Below are positions 14,601 to 23,577 of a DNA stretch of 64,000 nucleotides, piece after piece. The position numbers and the translations under genes were made by a program. The stretch is from the NCBI GenBank assembly GCA_965214285.1, contig OZ243946.1, forward strand, positions 718,481-782,480, written 5' to 3'. This stretch comes from Acidimicrobiales bacterium. Its GTDB lineage: Bacteria; Actinomycetota; Acidimicrobiia; Acidimicrobiales; Aldehydirespiratoraceae. Under the pieces are notes generated by a model. The model searched no databases, was not told the origin of the DNA, and saw only the letters and a program-made list of their open reading frames with translations. The number at the start of each line of letters is the position of its first letter. Position 1 is the stretch's first letter.

Positions 14601-15882
14601 CTTCGAGAACCGCCGACATCTCTTCGATGCGGTAGATAGCCGGTTCAAGTTCTGCCTGTTGACCGTCGCCGGCAGGGACGAGCTTGTCTCACAGGCCGAC
14701 TTCGCTTTCTTCCAACTCGATCCCGACGACCTGGCTCGCGAAGGCACTCGTTTCGAGCTCACTCCCGATGAGATTCGCATCCTCAACCCCAACACCGGCA
14801 CCTGCCCCGTCTTCTCCAGCCGCCGGGTTGCCGAGATCACGATCGAAGTCTATCGCCGCCACCCCGTCCTCGTCAATGAGAACCTGCCTGAAGACGAGGG
14901 CAATCCATGGGGTTTATCGTTCACCACCATGTTCCACATGTCCGGCGATTCTCATCTCTTTGAGACACGAGAACACTTGGAATCCGATGGCTGGCTCCTC
15001 GAAGGCAACGTCTTCACCCGGGGCACAGATCAAATGCTCCCGCTATATCAAGGCATGATGCTGACCTTTGATGACTATCGGGCAGCCTCGATCGTCAGAA
15101 GCCCGACAGCGACGACACGCCAGAACCAGCCCAGCTACCTGACCGATGCCGAGAAGGACGATCCTGGCTGTGCAGCTCTGCCTGCGTATTGGGTTGGGGC
15201 TGCGGAAGTTGATGATCGATTGAGCCTCGACAAACCGATGCCCTGGTTGATGGGAATGTCGGACATCACTAGCGCGACAAACATGAGGTCTGCCGTACCT
15301 TGCATCTTCCCGCGAGCGGGTGTCGGACACAGCACGTCGCTTGCATTCTCGCGGCAGTCTCCTGTCGACCTGTACTGCATCCTCTCGTGCCTTGCCTTCG
15401 ACTTCCTGGTCCGTCAGAAGCTCGGTGGACTGCACATGTCCTACTACATCGTTGAACAGCTCGCAGCGCCGATCCCAGCCGACTTCGCCAGACCCTGCCT
15501 CTGGATCTCACACAGCACCACTAGTGAATGGGTCGCCCCTCGAATCGCGGAGCTGATCTACACCTCGCATGCCATGAGCGCCTTCGCCGACGAGCTCGGC
15601 TACGGCGGCGAGCCGTTCCGATGGCACGTCCCGCGGCGCAAACAGCTCCGCGCTGAGATTGACGCTGCAATGTTCCACATCTACGGCCTCAACCGCGCCG
15701 ACACCGAGTACGTGCTCGGCACCTTCCCCATCGCCAACGAGAAGGACCCCGACCTCACCCCGCGAATCCTGCGCGAGTACGACGCCATGCAGCAGGCGAT
15801 TGACACCGGCGTCGCCTATGCAAGCCCCCTCGACCCCCCGCCCGGCCACGGCCCCCGCCACCCACCCCGTCCAACCCCCTGA
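11688..15882 (+). CDS. N6-adenine DNA methyltransferase, gamma-class Type IIG/Eco57I-like (DrmMI/PglX-like), ~1,398 aa. It is interrupted by a +1/-2 frameshift at a poly-G tract (frame 0 ORF 11688..14285, frame 1 ORF 14044..15882).
   Basis: Motif I MTVCDPACGSGHFLV (~13270) lies in the upstream frame. Motif IV GNPPWERV (~14212) and FHWHLEFPQIF lie in the downstream frame. The frames switch exactly at G10 (14046-14055). Confidence 0.8.
14046..14055 (+). repeat. Homopolymeric G tract (~10 G) inside the methyltransferase ORF; candidate slipped-strand phase-variation switch (a 1-nt contraction restores the full-length ORF)
   Basis: The ORF-track translations on both sides imply a G10 run. Frame arithmetic (the downstream protein continues at tcc 14056 in frame 1) supports it. 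Confidence 0.7.
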
Positions 15883-15899
15883 CCCAATCCAGAAGAGGA

Positions 15900-16589
15900 G
15901 TGCGCTGTGCCCGAGTTCAGCGAGAACGTGGCGTGGTGAGCGACCAGTCCCGCCCCTCGCCGAGCCTGCTTCGGCGGCTGCCGCGCCCCAGCCTGGACTG
16001 GCTGTGGTTTGTGCTCAGCGGAGCTGTCATGGTCGGCTTCGTGGTGTCGCTCTGGAAACCGCTACTCCTGCTGCTTGGTGTCCTAGCATTCGGGTTCGTG
16101 GTCCTGGCGGTTCTCGTGGCGATTCTCGAAGCGCTGTACAAGTGGGCCGACAGGGCGCTAGGAGCGCTGTATAGGTGGGCCGACAAGAGGTGGGGCCACA
16201 ATGGCGCTGACGGATCCTCAGACGAGGAGATGGTGCTGAGGGAGGAGGCCTGGGATTGGTGGGCAAAGGTCGATGACCTGCTGACCTACGCCAACCCGAT
16301 GCGAAGCCTGCGTGATGCTGAGTCCACGCAGGAGAACCGGGAGTGTCTTCATCGATGGAACCAGACGCTGCGTTCTCTCAAAGCTGACGTTTACGGCATC
16401 CGAAAACGAACAGTTGACATGCAGGAGCAGCATGGGGAGGACGCCCTGGTAGAGACCTGGGCCACGGTGGTGGTGGCGCTCGACTGCCTGGATGCCGAGG
16501 TCGCCTCCGCCGGATACCTGCTGGACGAATGGGATTCCTGGGAACGCCTGGCCAAGCTGGCGGAGGGATGGGAGCAGGGCTACCCCTAA
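15900..16589 (+). CDS. Hypothetical membrane protein (two predicted N-terminal TM helices, internal repeat YKWADRALGALYRWADKRWG) in a lower-GC segment
   Basis: Hydrophobic segments WLWFVLSGAVMVGFVVSLW and LLLLLGVLAFGFVVLAVLVAIL. No recognisable domain. Start uncertain. Confidence 0.4.
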   Translation: MRCARVQRERGVVSDQSRPSPSLLRRLPRPSLDWLWFVLSGAVMVGFVVSLWKPLLLLLGVLAFGFVVLAVLVAILEALYKWADRALGALYRWADKRWGHNGADGSSDEEMVLREEAWDWWAKVDDLLTYANPMRSLRDAESTQENRECLHRWNQTLRSLKADVYGIRKRTVDMQEQHGEDALVETWATVVVALDCLDAEVASAGYLLDEWDSWERLAKLAEGWEQGYP

Positions 16590-16686
16590 TCGCCGGGCTT
16601 GTCGCTATCGAGTCTCGGACCGGGCTCGCCGCGAAGCCGGCGCTTGCTCGCGGTGCGAATTCTTGATGGAGCGCCGATGGTCGGGG

Positions 16687-17091
16687 TCAGTGCCCGAAAT
16701 CGAGCCGTTCGCGCAGCCAGGCCGCCATCCAGGCCTCGTCTGCTGTGCCAGCGGCCAGCGCCACCATCGCCTGTTCCGCTGCATCCGCGTCGGGCACGGC
16801 AGGGGTCCATGTTCCGCCGTTGATCTTTGCGAACCTTCGCAGCGACATCCATGCCGAGCGCTTGTTGCCGTCGGGCAGAGGGTGGTTCTGCACCAGCCGG
16901 CAGCAGAGCACCGCCGCCTTGTCGATCAGGCTGGGGTAGAAGTCCTCGTCGCCGAACCCGGCTTGCGGAGCGTGCAGGGCACTGTCGGCGAGGCCGATAC
17001 GGTCGGACTTCTTCAGCACCTCCGAGCTGATCCCGGTGACCTGCTCGGCGAACTCCAGGTACGTGAGAAGGTCCAGGTACTTGACGCTCAC
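16687..17091 (-). CDS. Doc-family (Fic/Doc fold) toxin
   Basis: NHPLPDGNKRSAWMSL matches the Doc HxFxDGNKR motif. Probable GTG start overlapping the antitoxin stop (GTGA). Confidence 0.7.
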   Translation of the reverse strand: MSVKYLDLLTYLEFAEQVTGISSEVLKKSDRIGLADSALHAPQAGFGDEDFYPSLIDKAAVLCCRLVQNHPLPDGNKRSAWMSLRRFAKINGGTWTPAVPDADAAEQAMVALAAGTADEAWMAAWLRERLDFGH

Positions 17092-17246
17092 TGGCCTGCG
17101 AGCCGGTCGAGGAGCTCCTTGTCCTCCTCCATCGTCTGCTTGATCCACTCCTGTAGTTCCTTGTCCGCACGGACGCGGGCCATGCCCTCCTCGAAGGTCT
17201 CGTTCGGCTTGGCCTTGGCGGGGCTCGGCGTGGTGGTGTCGGTCAT
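17088..17246 (-). CDS. Small antitoxin partner of Doc (52 aa, MTDTTTPSPAKAKPNETFEEGMARVRADKELQEWIKQTMEEDKELLDRLAGQ)
   Basis: Hand-translated minus-strand ORF immediately upstream of Doc with a 4-nt overlap. It is absent from the ORF track because it is shorter than 60 aa. Confidence 0.5.
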   Translation of the reverse strand: MTDTTTPSPAKAKPNETFEEGMARVRADKELQEWIKQTMEEDKELLDRLAGQ

Positions 17247-17380
17247 CCGTCTCTCCGTCTCTCGCGCTATCTCAGTGGGTGCAGCCTACGGCATCTCTGG
17301 CCCCAGAGTAGCCGCTGTCGCCCAGTCCGCCACGGGAACGATCCACCGACATCCCCGGCGGGCGGATCGGCGGCTGACGG

Positions 17381-18490
17381 TCAGCGGACTGTGCGGCCAA
17401 AGACACCCGAAAAGCCGGCAGTGTCTAACGCGACGATGCCGAAAGTCCCCGGAGGGAGTGTCACCGTCGGCAGTTCCCGGCGCCACCTATCCAGGCGGTC
17501 CGAGTTCTCCCGCATGAACCGGGCTTCGTGCTCCAGCCGAACCTCGGAGCGGACCCGTTCCAGAGGCGCCTTGCAGGCGAAGTCCGCGGTGGCGATCTCC
17601 ACCTCCAAGGCCATAAGGGCGTCGATCTCGGCCTGCAGGGCGTCGTCGATGCGGTTGGGGCCTCCCGCAGCATTGACACGGGGCATCAGGGTGACGAAGA
17701 CGTCGTTGAGAGAGGCGTAGATGGCGTCCTCGTCGGCGTAGCGATGCCCGCGCTCTGCCATGCAGGATGACCACTCGGCGGCGGCCGCAGCGATGCGAGG
17801 ATCGGCGGCGATCTGCTCGTCGAGCGATGCGGTGATCTCGTTGAACGCCATAACAGCTGCCGCGGGAGGCGACAACTTGTCCAGCGCCTCCTGGTAGCAC
17901 AGGTTGAATTGCTCTTGCCATGCCCTGCGCTCGGTCTCGGAGAGACCTTCCCGAAAGGCATCGTTGGGGTCGGGAGAATAGACCCCAGTAGGCCCGAGGG
18001 GCGTCATGAGGGCGTCAGCCATCCCGTAGCCCATCTCCGGTCCGGGCTCTTCGCCCGGCTCGAGCAGATCTGGTTGCGCGGCTCGGCTAGCGGCCTCTTC
18101 TGCAAGCCAGTCGCGCACGACGTACCGCAGCCCCTGCCTGGCCATGCAGCTGCGGATCACCTGGTCTTGGGCGACCATCGGATGCGCCGTGACGAGATCG
18201 GGGAACGTCTCGAAGATGTGGCTCCTCATGAACTCGCCCAACCCGGTCGGGGATCGCTCATCGGATGCGTTCTCGTCAGCAGAACCGCCGTCGGCTGGGC
18301 TCGCAGCCGAAGACGCGCTGTCGTCCGAGGCGGCTTGCTCAGAGTCCGCGGCCCCGGCGGCCTGTTCGCCGGGCGCGCTGCTCCCGTCCTGCGAATACGA
18401 GCCTGTGCCCGAGTCCGAGCAGCCCGCGGCCAGCACCGTGACCACCGCTGCGGCAGTCAGCCAAAGCGCACAACGGATGCGATGCACCAT
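17381..18490 (-). CDS. Secreted lipoprotein, paralog 1 of 3 (signal peptide with lipobox LAAGC)
   Basis: MVHRIRCALWLTAAAVVTVLAAGCSD, an acidic low-complexity N-terminal region, and a C-terminal half paralogous to 18777..19880 and 20707..21804. Confidence 0.6.
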   Translation of the reverse strand: MVHRIRCALWLTAAAVVTVLAAGCSDSGTGSYSQDGSSAPGEQAAGAADSEQAASDDSASSAASPADGGSADENASDERSPTGLGEFMRSHIFETFPDLVTAHPMVAQDQVIRSCMARQGLRYVVRDWLAEEAASRAAQPDLLEPGEEPGPEMGYGMADALMTPLGPTGVYSPDPNDAFREGLSETERRAWQEQFNLCYQEALDKLSPPAAAVMAFNEITASLDEQIAADPRIAAAAAEWSSCMAERGHRYADEDAIYASLNDVFVTLMPRVNAAGGPNRIDDALQAEIDALMALEVEIATADFACKAPLERVRSEVRLEHEARFMRENSDRLDRWRRELPTVTLPPGTFGIVALDTAGFSGVFGRTVR

Positions 18491-18583
18491 CAGTCTGGAC
18501 CTGCTCCTCGGTCGGGGGAGGGGATTGCACGGCCATTGTCGCAGACTCCGCGCCGCCGCGCAATGGATTCGCCGGCGGGGGTC

Positions 18584-18770
18584 AGACGGAGACGGCGATC
18601 TCGACGGGGTGGTGGCAGGCGACCCAGTGATCGCCGTCGCCGACCTGGGTCATCACAGGCTCCTCGCTGCTGCAGCGATCGCTGGCATGCCCGCAGCGGG
18701 TGTGGAACCGACAGCCCCCCGGCGGGCGGATCGCGGACGGCAGCTCGTCTGGGATGCCGGAATCGGGGGT
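18584..18770 (-). repeat. Duplicated 3'-terminal fragment of oppF/dppF (~185 nt), copy 1
   Basis: Encodes ELPSAIRPPGGCRFHTRCGHASDRCSSEEPVMTQVGDGDHWVACHHPVEIAVSV, nearly identical to the C-terminus of CDS 22474..23577. Confidence 0.75.
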
Positions 18771-18776
18771 CCCGTT

Positions 18777-19880
18777 TCAGAAGATGAAGCTCCCGGGTGG
18801 CATGGTCATAGTGGGGGCTTCTTGGCGCAGCAGGGCCAGGCGGTCTTGGTTGTCGTCGAGGAACTGTTGCTCGTGTTCGACCTTGACTTCGTAGCGGACC
18901 TGTTGCAGGGTTTCCTCGCAGGCGAGGTCGGCCACGGCGATCTCGGCTTCGATGGCCTGCAGGGCGTCGAGGTCGGCCTGGAAGGCGGCGTCGATGTGCT
19001 CGTGGCCACCCAGGGCCCGCAGCCGGTTGAGCAGCGGATTGGCGATGCCGTTCAGGTAGGCGTGGATTTCGTCCTGGTCCGAGAAGCTGTGCCCGCGCTC
19101 TGCCATGCACGCCGACCACTCGGCGGTGGCCTCAGCGATCCGCGGGTCGGCGTCGACACGCTCTTGCAAGGCGGCGAGTTCGTCTTCCAGCGCCAGGTAG
19201 ATCACCCCTGGGCGGCTGATCTCGGTTTGGGCGTGATGGACGCATTCCCGGCGATGGCTTTCCCATGCCTCGAACTCGCTTTGGGACATGCTGTCGCGGA
19301 TGGCGTCGTTGGGATCCACGTAGCCGTGCTCGAACACCTCGGGCGCGTCGATGCTGTCGGCGTAGCCGTAGCCGTGCGTCGACATGTAGTCCTCTTCGTC
19401 AACGGCGGGCGTGACAGCGGCCCGCGCTGCGCTCTTGGCGGCCCAGTCGATCATGGCGTAGCGGAAACCCTGTTGGGTCATGCAGTCGTATTTCATCTGC
19501 TCGATGGCAGCCATCGGATCGGAGAAGTCGTGATCGGGAAACGCTTCAGTCCTGAGATCGGCCAGAAACGCCCCAAGCGGCGACCACAGCTGCTCGTCGG
19601 CACCATCCTCAGCGGAGCCGTCGCTGGCCTCTTCGTCCGGGTCGCTCTCGTCTGAGCCGCCGTCTCCTTCGCCAGACGGGTCCTCCGCTGAGACCGAGCT
19701 CTCAGCCGGTTCGGCCTCAGCACCGCCCTGGGCGTTCTCCGAGGCGGCCTCAGCACTCAGTTCAGCGGACACGCCCTCCACAGTCTGGGATTCCGAGCCC
19801 GTTTCCGAGCAGCCCGCGGCCAGCACGACGGCCACCACTGCGGCAGTCAGGCACAGCACACAGCGGATTCGATGCACCAT
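18777..19880 (-). CDS. Secreted lipoprotein, paralog 2 of 3
   Basis: MVHRIRCVLCLTAAVVAVVLAAGCSE. Start chosen at the signal-peptide Met; the track ORF is extended to 20036. Confidence 0.6.
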   Translation of the reverse strand: MVHRIRCVLCLTAAVVAVVLAAGCSETGSESQTVEGVSAELSAEAASENAQGGAEAEPAESSVSAEDPSGEGDGGSDESDPDEEASDGSAEDGADEQLWSPLGAFLADLRTEAFPDHDFSDPMAAIEQMKYDCMTQQGFRYAMIDWAAKSAARAAVTPAVDEEDYMSTHGYGYADSIDAPEVFEHGYVDPNDAIRDSMSQSEFEAWESHRRECVHHAQTEISRPGVIYLALEDELAALQERVDADPRIAEATAEWSACMAERGHSFSDQDEIHAYLNGIANPLLNRLRALGGHEHIDAAFQADLDALQAIEAEIAVADLACEETLQQVRYEVKVEHEQQFLDDNQDRLALLRQEAPTMTMPPGSFIF

Positions 19881-19912
19881 CGGATTGGGGCCGCCGCTCC
19901 TGTCAGCGGCGC

Positions 19913-20323
19913 TCAGTACCCGGTGATTTCGACCCAGATCTCGGTGTCGCCTGGGAATCTGGTGCGGTTGACGCGCACCCATGCCTGCGAGTCTCCTGTC
20001 TGATCGAAGAACAGGTGATTCGTCCAGCGCCTGCACGACCAGGCCTGGACGAAGTCCCTGCCGCCGTCCTCGTACACGGCAGTCACGCAGCTACCGTCCG
20101 TATGCACGTCGCGGACCTTGGCAGCGATGATGCCATCACCGTCATAGGTCGAGGGGTCCCGGATCTCCCATTTCCCCCAAGGGGTGTACTCCCACCTTCC
20201 GGCGACAAATACCTCGAAACCTTGGCTGAAGTCGCGCACTTGGGCTGCGTGGGCGGGCAGAGCGGTGGCGATCATCAGCGACAACGCTGCGATCACTCCG
20301 ATCAGGCTTCGGGTGGTCTTCAT
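19913..20323 (-). CDS. Small secreted protein (136 aa, Sec signal peptide, 2 Cys), paralog A
   Basis: MKTTRSLIGVIAALSLMIATALPAHA signal peptide. Paralogous to 21837..22247. Confidence 0.6.
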   Translation of the reverse strand: MKTTRSLIGVIAALSLMIATALPAHAAQVRDFSQGFEVFVAGRWEYTPWGKWEIRDPSTYDGDGIIAAKVRDVHTDGSCVTAVYEDGGRDFVQAWSCRRWTNHLFFDQTGDSQAWVRVNRTRFPGDTEIWVEITGY

Positions 20324-20518
20324 GGCTGGCTCCCTTCAGGGGCGTCAAGCTTGCACGGCCATTATGGCACACAGCGCGGAGTTCTGCATGGGGTCTGCGA
20401 CGCCAATCGCTAGGCCCTCGCTCAGGCCGGAGGGAGGGGTAGGACGGGCGGCTGCCCAGCACGTCTGATGCCGGACGAGGGGCGTCGGGAAGAGCACCCC
20501 CGGGTTGTCGAGGGCGTC

Positions 20519-20700
20519 AGACGGCGATCTCGACGGGGTGGTGGCAGGCGACCCAGTGGTCGCCGTCGCCCACCTGGGCTATCAGCGGCTCCTCGCTGCG
20601 GCAGCGGTCGCTGGCATGCCCGCAGCGGGTGTGGAACCGACAGCCCCCCGGCGGGCGGATCGCAGACGGCAGCTCGCCTGCGATGTCGGAGTCGGAGACT
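20519..20700 (-). repeat. Duplicated 3'-terminal fragment of oppF/dppF, copy 2
   Basis: Same C-terminal peptide as 18584-18770 and 22476-22665. Confidence 0.75.
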
Positions 20701-20706
20701 CTCGCT

Positions 20707-21804
20707 TCAGCAACACGAAAAGTGTCCGGGTGGCATGGTCATCGTGGGCAGTTCCTCGCGCAGCAGGGCCAGGCGGTCCTGGTTCTCGTCGACGAATCGC
20801 TGCTCGTGCTCGAATCGAACCTCTTCACGGACCTGTTGCAGGGGTCCCTCGCAGGCGAGGTCGGCTACGGCGATCTCGACCTCGATGGCCTGCAGAGCGT
20901 CGAGGTTGGCCTGGAAGGCGGCGTCGATGTGCTCGTGGCCGCCCAAGGCCCGCAGCCGGTTGAGCAGCGGATCGGCAATGCCGCTCAGGTAGGAGTGGAT
21001 CTCGTCCTGGTCGGCGAAGCTGTGCCCGCGCTCTGCCATGCACGCCGACCACGCGGCGGTGGCCTCAGCGATCCGCGGGTCGGCATCGACACGCTCCTGC
21101 AAGGCGGTGAGTTCGTCTTGCAATGCCAGGTAGATCACCCCTGGGCGGCTGATCTCGGTCTGAGCATGATGGACGCAGTCGCGCCGATGGCTCTCCCAGG
21201 CTTCGAACTCGCTTGCGGACATGGTTTCTCGGATCGCGTCGTTGGGATCCACGTAGCCGTGCTCAAACACCTCCGGCGCGTCGATGCTGTCGGCGAAGCC
21301 GTAGCCGTGCGTCGACATGTAGTCCTCTTCGTCAACGCTGGGCATGACAGCGGCCCGCGCTGCGCTCTTGGCGGCCCAGTCGATCATGGCGTAGCGGAAA
21401 CCCTGCTCGGTCATGCAGTCGTACTTCATCTGCTCGATGGCAGCCATCGGATCGGAGAAGTCGTGATCGGGAAACGCCTCAGCCCTGAGATCGGCCAGAA
21501 ACGCCCCAAGCGGCGACCCATGCTCCTCGGCGGGAACGTCCTCCGCGGAGCCGTCGTCGCCCGATTCGCTCTCGTCTGAGTCGCTGCCTTCGTCGCCCGG
21601 CGGATCCTTTGCTGAGACCGGGCTCTCATCTGGCTCGTCCTCAACCACGCCCTGGGCATCCTCCGAGGCGGCCTCTGCACCCAGTTCAGCGGGCACCACC
21701 TCCGCAGTCTGGGACTCCGAGCCCGTGTCCGAGCACCCCGCGGCCAGCACCGCGACCTCCACCGCCGCAGTCAGCCACAACGCCCAGCGGATTCGACCTG
21801 CCAT
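20707..21804 (-). CDS. Secreted lipoprotein, paralog 3 of 3
   Basis: MAGRIRWALWLTAAVEVAVLAAGCSD. Start chosen at the signal-peptide Met. Confidence 0.6.
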   Translation of the reverse strand: MAGRIRWALWLTAAVEVAVLAAGCSDTGSESQTAEVVPAELGAEAASEDAQGVVEDEPDESPVSAKDPPGDEGSDSDESESGDDGSAEDVPAEEHGSPLGAFLADLRAEAFPDHDFSDPMAAIEQMKYDCMTEQGFRYAMIDWAAKSAARAAVMPSVDEEDYMSTHGYGFADSIDAPEVFEHGYVDPNDAIRETMSASEFEAWESHRRDCVHHAQTEISRPGVIYLALQDELTALQERVDADPRIAEATAAWSACMAERGHSFADQDEIHSYLSGIADPLLNRLRALGGHEHIDAAFQANLDALQAIEVEIAVADLACEGPLQQVREEVRFEHEQRFVDENQDRLALLREELPTMTMPPGHFSCC

Positions 21805-21836
21805 CGGATCGGGGTCGCCGCTCCTGTCAGCGGCGT

Positions 21837-22247
21837 TCAGTACCCGGTGATCTCCCACCAGATCGCGGGGTCGTCTGGGAATCTGGTGCGGTTGACGCGT
21901 ACCCATGCCTGCGAGTCTCCTGTCTGGTCGAAGAACAGGTGATTCGTCCAGTGCCGACACGACCTGGCCTGGACGTAGTCCCGCTTGCCGTCTTCGTACA
22001 CGGCCGTAACGCAGCTCTTGTCGGTGTGCACGTCGCGGACCTTGGCGGCGATGATGCCATCACCGTCATAGGTCGAGCGGTACCGGATCGACCACAGCCC
22101 CCAGGGGATCTCCTTGAGCTTTCCGTCGACCACTACGATCAGGCTTTGGTCGAAGTTAATCACCTGGCCTGCGTTGGCGGGCAATGCCGTGGCGATCACC
22201 AGCGACAACGCTGCGATCACGCCGGTCAGGCTGCGGATGGTCTTCAT
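21837..22247 (-). CDS. Small secreted protein (136 aa), paralog B
   Basis: MKTIRSLTGVIAALSLVIATALPANA. 60-70% identical to 19913..20323. Confidence 0.6.
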   Translation of the reverse strand: MKTIRSLTGVIAALSLVIATALPANAGQVINFDQSLIVVVDGKLKEIPWGLWSIRYRSTYDGDGIIAAKVRDVHTDKSCVTAVYEDGKRDYVQARSCRHWTNHLFFDQTGDSQAWVRVNRTRFPDDPAIWWEITGY

Positions 22248-22473
22248 GGCTGGCTCCTTTCAGGGGCCTCAAGCTTGCACGGCCATTATGGCACACCGCG
22301 CGGAGCTGTGCATGGGTTTCGGCCGGGCGGTCGGTGGGTCCCGGTCAGGCGGGAGTAGGGGGGATGGGATCGTGCCTCTGCCCAGCTCAGCTCCCCGGTG
22401 CCGAGGGGCGTCGGTGTGAGCCTGTCCCCGGTGCTGCGGGGTGGCAGGCGAGCGCGGCCGGTGCGGAGGGCGG

Positions 22474-23577
22474 TCAGACGGAGACGGCCACCTCGACCGG
22501 GTGGTGGCAGGCGACCCAGTGGTCGCCGTCGCCGACCTGGGTCATCACAGGCTCCTCGCTGCTGCAGCGGTCGCTGGCATGCCCGCAGCGGGTGTGGAAC
22601 CGACAGCCCCCCGGCGGGCGGATCGCGGACGGCAGCTCGCCGGCGATGTCGGACTCCGATGGGTCCACCGTCGGAGCAGGCTCGGGGATCGAGGCCAGCA
22701 GCGCCCGCGTGTAGGGATGCCGGGGCTGCTCATAGAGCGCATCGGCGTTGCCGACCTCGCACACCTTGCCCAGATACATCACCACGATCCGGTCGCTCAC
22801 GTTCTTCACCACCGACAGGTCGTGGCTGATGAACATCAGGGTCAGCCCGTAGCGGCGCTTCATGTCCTGGAGCAGGTTGAGGATCTGCGCCTGCACCGAC
22901 ACGTCCAGCGCCGACACAGGCTCGTCGCAGATCAGCAGCTTCGGGTCCAGCGCCAGCGCCCGAGCCACACCGATCCGCTGGCACTGGCCGCCGCTGAACT
23001 GATGCGGCCGCCGGTCGCCGATCTTGGGGTCGATTCCGACGCTCTCCATCAGCTCGTCGATGCTGTCGTCGGACCACGAGCCCCGCTCGTCGCCCCACAC
23101 GCAGAGCCCCTCGGCGATCACGTCCCGGATCCGCCGGCGGGGATTCAGCGAGGAGATCGGGTCCTGGAAGATCATCTGCAGGTCGGGGCGGACCGCCCTC
23201 AGCGCCTCGCCCTCCAGCGCCGCCAGGTCGTTGCCCCGGTACTCGATGGCGCCGCTCTTGGCGTCGTTGAGCCGGATGATCGTCTTGGCGACGGTGGACT
23301 TGCCGCAGCCCGACTCGCCGACGATGCCCAGCGTCTCGCCCTCCACGATGTCGAAGCTCACGCCGCTGACCGCATGCACCACCTCGCCGCGCCCGGCGGC
23401 GAACTCCACGGTCAGGTTGCGGACGCTGAGCAGCACGCCGGGCTCGTCGCGCAGCGTGGAATCGGCGGGGCCTGCGCCCGGCGCAGAGGCCGTCTGCGAG
23501 GAGCCCCGCCGCCTGCGGAGGATGACGACGACCGCCACGGCCGCCACGATCACAGCCAGGATCAGCACGGCGCTCAT
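22474..23577 (-). CDS. Oligopeptide/dipeptide ABC transporter ATP-binding protein (OppF/DppF-like)
   Basis: Walker A GESGCGKST, signature SGGQCQRIGVARAL and the C-terminal oligo_HPY region. Confidence 0.85.
   Translation of the reverse strand: MSAVLILAVIVAAVAVVVILRRRRGSSQTASAPGAGPADSTLRDEPGVLLSVRNLTVEFAAGRGEVVHAVSGVSFDIVEGETLGIVGESGCGKSTVAKTIIRLNDAKSGAIEYRGNDLAALEGEALRAVRPDLQMIFQDPISSLNPRRRIRDVIAEGLCVWGDERGSWSDDSIDELMESVGIDPKIGDRRPHQFSGGQCQRIGVARALALDPKLLICDEPVSALDVSVQAQILNLLQDMKRRYGLTLMFISHDLSVVKNVSDRIVVMYLGKVCEVGNADALYEQPRHPYTRALLASIPEPAPTVDPSESDIAGELPSAIRPPGGCRFHTRCGHASDRCSSEEPVMTQVGDGDHWVACHHPVEVAVSV

Noticed and set aside
11688-15882. Interpreting the MTase plus the upstream helicases as a BREX (Pgl) locus because of the PglX-like MTase and G-tract
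   Set aside because: No PglZ phosphatase, BrxC/PglY ATPase, BrxL or PglW kinase genes are present. Two helicases with DUF1998 fit DISARM/Druantia better.
18144-21579. Plus-strand ORFs 18144..19655 and 20629..21579 antisense to the lipoprotein paralogs
   Set aside because: Low-complexity translations. The minus-strand genes have signal peptides with lipoboxes and are mutually paralogous.
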